NCBI GenBank assembly: GCA_964448115.1
Contig: CAYUVA010000017.1
Coordinates: 62,001 to 82,556, forward strand
DNA: 20,556 bases
Origin: an uncultured bacterium
Lineage (GTDB): Bacteria; CAYUVA01
Direction of reading: 5' to 3'
A program made the position numbers and the translations under genes. Below are positions 15,429 to 20,556 of this stretch, one piece after another (the stretch's first letter is position 1; each line of letters starts with the position of its first letter). The notes under the pieces were generated by a model. The model was given only the letters and a program-made list of their open reading frames with translations, had not been told where the DNA came from and made no database searches.

Positions 15429-17615
15429 GTGATAAAGAAAGCTTGTCTTGTTGGATTAGTAACCTTCGGACTCGCTCTATCAACTTTATGTCCTACCGTA
15501 TTTGTCGGCGATAGCGGTGAGTTGATCACCTCAGCGGCAACCCTCGGTATCCCCCACAATCCGGGCTACCCGATCTACAATATGCTTGCTCATCTGTTTA
15601 CCTGTATTCCCTGTGGGTCTATAGCCTACAAGGTCAACCTGTTCTCCGCAGCCTCTACTTCCTTAGCATGTTCATTGATCTTTATTTTTTTTACTCGATT
15701 GGGGTGTAGTCAAGCAGTAGCAGCGTCGCTTTCTTTAATATATTTCAGTGCCCCGATAGTCTGGGTTCAGGGGGTAACCGCCGAGGTTTACACTCCATTT
15801 ACCACCATCCTTGCCCTCATGCTCTTGTTATCGCTCAACCTTATGGAGAAACGAAGCGCAAAGGGATTGATGCTATGGATATTTGCTTTATCGTTAGCTA
15901 TCGTTTCCCACTATTCAGTTTTTCTTTTAATTCCTGGATTCATCTTGCTTGCTCGTATTCTTGGATTGCTGCCAAGTATTCCTCAAGGCTATATCTCCAT
16001 ACTTCTAGTCATTTTCATTCTCGGTTTATCAATATTTTTATATCTCCCCTTGCGATCCCAGGCGGATCCGGTGATGAACTGGAGCACCCCAAGCAAGCTC
16101 CAGGGATTTGTAAGGCATATAGGCGCCTTTGAGCATCGACATAAATCGGTTGCCAACCGAAGCCTTGAATTCTATTTGGAACGATCCCTAAAGATTATAC
16201 TCCATGTAGCTAATCAGATAAGCCTTCCCGTACTTCTATTGGCGCTGGTTGGGATGGCAGTGTCGGTGAGGAATAAGATCTTACTTTTTTCCCTGATTGC
16301 AATCATCATAGGTAACTTCATATTCATAGTCATATTTAACACTACTCCTTTGAATGTAACCGGTTTTGGATATCCCTCTTTGATGGTGCTGCTCGGTTTT
16401 GCTGGTATAGCCTTGGAAAAATTGTTGAAAACCTTAAAGAGCCGATCCTTAAGGTCCGCAGTATGTATTCTTATTCTAGCTTATGCTGTAGTTTGGCTTT
16501 TATATAATTATCCATCTAACGATCGCCGTGATTTCTGGTTTGGCTATGATTACGCGGTCAATATTTTAAGGACAATGCCTTATAAAGGGGTTCTGAAGGT
16601 TCACGGCGATAACCAGACATTTACATTGATATATACCCATGAGATCGAGTCGTATCGTCCAGATGTTATCTTATGCAACTATGCCGGGAGGGATCTAGGA
16701 CAAAGCCGCAGGGAGGTTCAAATACCCAAAGAGCTTAACCGAAGGGAGAACACCTATCATATTCCCTGGCCTGACTTTTCCCCCCAGGAGGGCTATCAAT
16801 TCGAGAACATCGGGTATCTATCCCAGGCTCGCTCGCAGCCACCTGGCATCGAGGAACTCGACAGGATTTTCTCGCTATACCGCACGCGCAATCACTTTAG
16901 AGATGATATACCCCTGGACATGCTTTCCTCGGAGCTGGTTGGAACATACTTTTATATTTATGGAATGTATTGCCTGAGCAAGGGGGATATGGGGGCAGCC
17001 AACCAGGCTTTTGAGATGGCTTCGCGCAAGGCTTCTGGAGTGCATTTCTTGCGAGCAAAGCTCGGATTGATCTACGAAAAGATGCGAGATTATCAAAAGG
17101 CGCTTGTCGAATACCAGGCAGCCATTGAGATATCCGCAGACTATGCCTTTGCCCTGTATCGCGCCGGAGTGGTGGCTGAGAGGTTGGGACTCGATGATCT
17201 GGCAATAGACTATTTTACCAGGACAGTCGGTGTAAATCCCAACGATGCGGTAGCCCTGAACTATCTAGGGATGCTTTATGATAGAAAAGGCGAAGCGAGG
17301 GTGGCAATCGAATACTTCCTAAGAAGCATTGAGGCTGATAAGGACTTCGTTGAACCTCGATCCAACCTGGGTGCCGTTTATTACAAGATGGGCGAGGATG
17401 CTCGCGCAGAAAAGGTGCTGCTTGAAGCCATTGAGTTGGCGCCAGATCATGCCACAACCTACCTTAACTTAGGCGCTTTATATGCCTATGGAAAAAAAGA
17501 ACCGTTAAAAGCGGTAAAAGCATGGGAAAAATACCTGCAATTAGCACCGGATAATCCCCAGGCTGACAACCTGAAAATAGAGATCGATCGCCTGGAAAAG
17601 GAGATAGATCATTAG
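15429..17615 (+). CDS. DUF2723/TMEM260-like multi-pass membrane glycosyltransferase (GT-C fold) with C-terminal TPR repeats
   Basis: Signature motifs PTV..GDSGEL......LGIPHNPGYP.Y, YKVNLFSA, W.Q...AEVY, YLPLRS..P..NW..P, GDN.TF.L.Y. Roughly ten hydrophobic helices, then six or more canonical TPRs. Confidence 0.9.
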   Translation: MIKKACLVGLVTFGLALSTLCPTVFVGDSGELITSAATLGIPHNPGYPIYNMLAHLFTCIPCGSIAYKVNLFSAASTSLACSLIFIFFTRLGCSQAVAASLSLIYFSAPIVWVQGVTAEVYTPFTTILALMLLLSLNLMEKRSAKGLMLWIFALSLAIVSHYSVFLLIPGFILLARILGLLPSIPQGYISILLVIFILGLSIFLYLPLRSQADPVMNWSTPSKLQGFVRHIGAFEHRHKSVANRSLEFYLERSLKIILHVANQISLPVLLLALVGMAVSVRNKILLFSLIAIIIGNFIFIVIFNTTPLNVTGFGYPSLMVLLGFAGIALEKLLKTLKSRSLRSAVCILILAYAVVWLLYNYPSNDRRDFWFGYDYAVNILRTMPYKGVLKVHGDNQTFTLIYTHEIESYRPDVILCNYAGRDLGQSRREVQIPKELNRRENTYHIPWPDFSPQEGYQFENIGYLSQARSQPPGIEELDRIFSLYRTRNHFRDDIPLDMLSSELVGTYFYIYGMYCLSKGDMGAANQAFEMASRKASGVHFLRAKLGLIYEKMRDYQKALVEYQAAIEISADYAFALYRAGVVAERLGLDDLAIDYFTRTVGVNPNDAVALNYLGMLYDRKGEARVAIEYFLRSIEADKDFVEPRSNLGAVYYKMGEDARAEKVLLEAIELAPDHATTYLNLGALYAYGKKEPLKAVKAWEKYLQLAPDNPQADNLKIEIDRLEKEIDH

Positions 17616-17684
17616 CTAATGTTTAACAGGCAAGATAGTAACAGGGATACTAGCATGGAATCTAAAGCGAACTTGAACAATTAC

Positions 17685-17713
17685 TTGAAATCTTATATCA
17701 ATTGCAATATTAT
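17685..17713 (+). promoter_or_regulatory. sigma70 promoter of the second kinase gene
   Basis: TTGAAA (17685-17690), 17-nt spacer, TATTAT (17708-17713). Confidence 0.7.
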
Positions 17714-17790
17714 TGTCTTAGATATGGCTTACAGTTGGAGGGAATCTCCAGTATAAACATGATATAGGTTGTCCCTATACTGTTTGAGTT

Positions 17791-19746
17791 ATGACTTTTA
17801 AGAAGATAGGCAGGTATAGGATTTTAGAGCTTCTGGGGCGCGGCGGAATGGGAGAGGTCTATAAGGCTTTCGATCCCAAGTTCAAGCGATATGTCGCTGT
17901 CAAGATCATACGCAGCGACCTTTTTGATGCCGAGTTCGAGAAGGCAAAAAAAAGGATGTTCTGGGAGGGGATAGCGTCCGGCAGACTATTCCATGAGAAC
18001 ATCATATCTACTCTCGACATGGGCGATTATCAAAATCTCACCTATATAGTAATGGAGTATGTCGATGGCATCTCTTTACGCAAGATGTTGCAGCAAAAAG
18101 GACCCTTTGCCATAAAGGATGCCATCCCCATTTTATTGCAGATCTGCAAAGCCATGATCAAAGCTCACGAGCTGGATGTGATCCATCGAGATCTTAAACC
18201 TGAAAATGTTATGATCTTGAGCGATAGCCATATTAAGATCGCTGACTTCGGCGCTGCTAAGGTGAAGAATATATTAAGCCAGGATAGCACCAAGCCACAA
18301 GAGATAATCGGTACCCTTAACTATCTATCTCCAGAGAGGATATCAGGCAGGAACGATGACCATAGATCCGACATCTTTTCATTTGGAGTAATGGCTTATG
18401 AGCTTTTAACCGGCACTCCGCCATTCTACGACCGGGATAGTGCAAAGGTGATCACCAATATCTTGAATGAGAATCCCGTTCCCTTGAGGTTTTTCGTCCC
18501 CGAGGCGACCAGGGAGCTGGAATATCTTATAAACCGTTGCCTGGAGAAGATGCCAGCTCACCGCTTCCAGAGCTTCAAGGATGTGATGCAGGCGCTGTCA
18601 GTACCATCAATAATGAAGCATGAAAAAATACGCATGCCCGTAAGAAGACTATCGCCACAGGCTTCCGAAAGGACTACCGAAAAGACAAGCACTAGAACAC
18701 TGATCGCGAAAACAAAACTGGTCAAAAAACATAAAACCAGGCTGATGATCCTCGAATCAGGAGACAAGATCGGTGCGCAGATGCTCGATATAAAAAATAC
18801 TGAGGTAATGCAAACCGAAAACCACAAAGAACTAATAGATCTGGTCAGAAAAAAACCACCGCATTGTATTATCGTAGATTTACAGACGCCAGGGATCAAA
18901 AAGGCAGCACTGCAAAGCATACAAAAGACCGTCCAAGACACCAAGATACCAATAATCTTCATCGGGCTGGAATCAAAGGCTATCGGACCATTCAAGTACC
19001 AATTGAGAAAGGGAATTGATCTCTACTTGGAAAAACCACTGTCAAGAAAAGAATTCGCCGGCATCGTGGATCGATTCGTAACCAAAAACAGGCTGCTTAG
19101 AGCTCAAATCGGCTCCACCGCTGAGTCTGAAAGAAGAAAGATAAAGGAATCCTCAAAAGAATTTACTAAAAAAGAGATAAAGGAAAAGACTGTCTCTAAA
19201 AAGTCCATTGTTATCGATGAATTGCTGAGAAATAGAAGATATGTCGAGGCGATCAAGGAGATCAGAGCCATAAGGGGAAAATCATCAGGCAAAGATCTTG
19301 ACCAGGAAATCAATAGGGTAGTAAAAAGAATTCTCAAGGATCATGCCTATGAAGAAAAAAATGTGCAGGACTATCGCAACGCAGTGCTCAAGGTGGCGGA
19401 TAATCTATATAGCAAGGCACAGTTCGAGGATGCGCTGCAACTTTACGAGGTTTATACCGCACTTAAACCAAGAGATACAAAGATAAAAAACAAGTGCCAG
19501 GAGATACAAAAACTCCTAATGGACGGACTCATGGCATACATCGGAAGCCCTAAGAAAATACCCAAAACAATCATGGAAAAATCTGAGCTTCTAAAGATGA
19601 AGCTATCGAGAGACCAGGGTTTCCTGGTAACTCAGATAGATGGAAAAACAAGCATTGAAGACCTGGTCAAGGTCTTCGGAAAAGGAAAGTACGAGACCTA
19701 CAAGGTTATCCTAAACTTAGTGCAAAAGAAGGTCATTAGTATATAA
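17791..19746 (+). CDS. Soluble Hanks-type Ser/Thr kinase with atypical receiver (REC) domain, TPR and C-terminal winged-helix-like domain
   Basis: Kinase motifs GRGGMGEVY, VAVK, HRDLKPEN, DFG, GTLNYLSPE, SDIFSFG. REC-like P.CIIVDLQTPG...IPIIFI...G.D.YLEKP. C-terminal LS...GFLV..IDGK.SI.DL...L..L.....I. No TM segment. Confidence 0.93.
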   Translation: MTFKKIGRYRILELLGRGGMGEVYKAFDPKFKRYVAVKIIRSDLFDAEFEKAKKRMFWEGIASGRLFHENIISTLDMGDYQNLTYIVMEYVDGISLRKMLQQKGPFAIKDAIPILLQICKAMIKAHELDVIHRDLKPENVMILSDSHIKIADFGAAKVKNILSQDSTKPQEIIGTLNYLSPERISGRNDDHRSDIFSFGVMAYELLTGTPPFYDRDSAKVITNILNENPVPLRFFVPEATRELEYLINRCLEKMPAHRFQSFKDVMQALSVPSIMKHEKIRMPVRRLSPQASERTTEKTSTRTLIAKTKLVKKHKTRLMILESGDKIGAQMLDIKNTEVMQTENHKELIDLVRKKPPHCIIVDLQTPGIKKAALQSIQKTVQDTKIPIIFIGLESKAIGPFKYQLRKGIDLYLEKPLSRKEFAGIVDRFVTKNRLLRAQIGSTAESERRKIKESSKEFTKKEIKEKTVSKKSIVIDELLRNRRYVEAIKEIRAIRGKSSGKDLDQEINRVVKRILKDHAYEEKNVQDYRNAVLKVADNLYSKAQFEDALQLYEVYTALKPRDTKIKNKCQEIQKLLMDGLMAYIGSPKKIPKTIMEKSELLKMKLSRDQGFLVTQIDGKTSIEDLVKVFGKGKYETYKVILNLVQKKVISI

Positions 19747-19757
19747 GCAACCTTGAA

Positions 19758-20249
19758 TCATTCCCCCTCCGGCGGAATGATTTTTATCTCAGCATAGACA
19801 GTCTTCTCATTGTTGGCGATCACCTTTATCACGGCTGTACCTTCTATATCCCCACCTTCGCCGCTCTCGGGTGCATGGTAGATCGTCTCGCAGTATCCTA
19901 GATTGGTGGTCTTATGATCATAGGTGGCGCCGCTGTTGGATGGATCAGTCCAGATGGAGCCTAAGCCTAGAAGATAAAAATCTACCGGTATCCCATTAGT
20001 CTCTATGCCTCCGGAATAGAACACATGGACGATGATAGCACAGGTCGATCTCCCGTCGCTCTTGACCGTTTCAGGCACTGGAGTGACCTCTACAAAAATA
20101 TCTCTATGGGGTGTGTCTTGGTTGGGCGTGGCAGTAGGCTTCGGTGCATCGGTCAGGATCTGTTCCTCGTTCTCCTCGCACGCCATGAGGCAGACTCCAC
20201 CAATGGCAGCTACTAACATCAGAATCGATATTACAGCGATATTTTTCAT
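19758..20249 (-). CDS. Lipoprotein with invasin-type Ig-like (Big_1) domain
   Basis: Lipobox LMA-C and a short PT linker. Pattern P.TV.SDG.ST..I.V.V.......GIPVDF....G.......TTN.G.....Y.AP....GTA.I.V matches invasin D1-D3 repeats. GAGG Shine-Dalgarno. Confidence 0.8.
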   Translation of the reverse strand: MKNIAVISILMLVAAIGGVCLMACEENEEQILTDAPKPTATPNQDTPHRDIFVEVTPVPETVKSDGRSTCAIIVHVFYSGGIETNGIPVDFYLLGLGSIWTDPSNSGATYDHKTTNLGYCETIYHAPESGEGGDIEGTAVIKVIANNEKTVYAEIKIIPPEGE

Positions 20250-20287
20250 GCCATCCTCACAATCTGGTAAAACACTGTATATAACAA

Positions 20288-20378
<91 letters not shown>

Positions 20379-20383
20379 GGGAA

Positions 20384-20425
20384 AGTGCCTACTTTCTAGT
20401 GCCTATTTTCTGGTGTTTAGTTTAT
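20384..20425. repeat. Tandem 14-bp repeat (two near-identical copies plus one degenerate) in the inter-tRNA spacer
   Basis: AGTGCCTACTTTCT, AGTGCCTATTTTCT, GGTGTTTAGTTTAT. Confidence 0.6.
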
Positions 20426-20472
20426 TATTGTTCGCTTGGCAATAGATTTCATGTATCTTCGCCTGTCAATCA

Positions 20473-20555
20473 CGGAGGGAGTAGGATTCGAACCCACGGA
20501 CCTTTCGGTCAACGGTTTTCAAGACCGCCGCCTTCGACCACTCGGCCATCCCTCC
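20473..20555 (-). tRNA. tRNA-Ser(TGA), CCA not encoded
   Basis: Acceptor stem GGAGGGA/TCCCTCC, anticodon arm GCGGT-CTTGAAA-ACCGT, variable arm GACC-GAAA-GGTC, GGTTCGAATCC, discriminator G. Confidence 0.97.
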
Positions 20556-20556
20556 G

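Noticed and set aside
20473-20555. tRNA with TGA in the anticodon loop as a possible tRNA-Sec or suppressor
   Set aside because: Anticodon UGA decodes UCA (Ser). It has a 7-bp acceptor stem and ordinary Ser features; tRNA-Sec would have anticodon UCA.

Overview
Bacterial chromosomal window with no mobile element, integrase or CRISPR array visible. Housekeeping core: rimP-nusA (minus strand, leader terminator upstream of rimP, not followed by infB), an IHF-beta/HU-family gene and two tRNA-Ser genes (GCT, TGA). Around it lies cell-surface and signalling content. This includes a 1777-aa secreted multidomain protein with Thr/Pro linkers and a duplicated C-terminal 'WPYLT' domain, two Hanks-type Ser/Thr kinases (one membrane-spanning with 53-aa TPR-like rods, one soluble with an atypical receiver domain), a Kelch-propeller protein, three lipoproteins and a DUF2723/TMEM260-like GT-C glycosyltransferase with TPRs. 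The most unusual observation is in the Kelch protein: its N-terminal beta-sandwich is split by an internal IPTL-CTERM-like motif plus a two-helix membrane hairpin, and the gene appears to be leaderless. Several near-consensus sigma70 promoters can be read directly. All family assignments come from motif recognition by eye, not from database searches.
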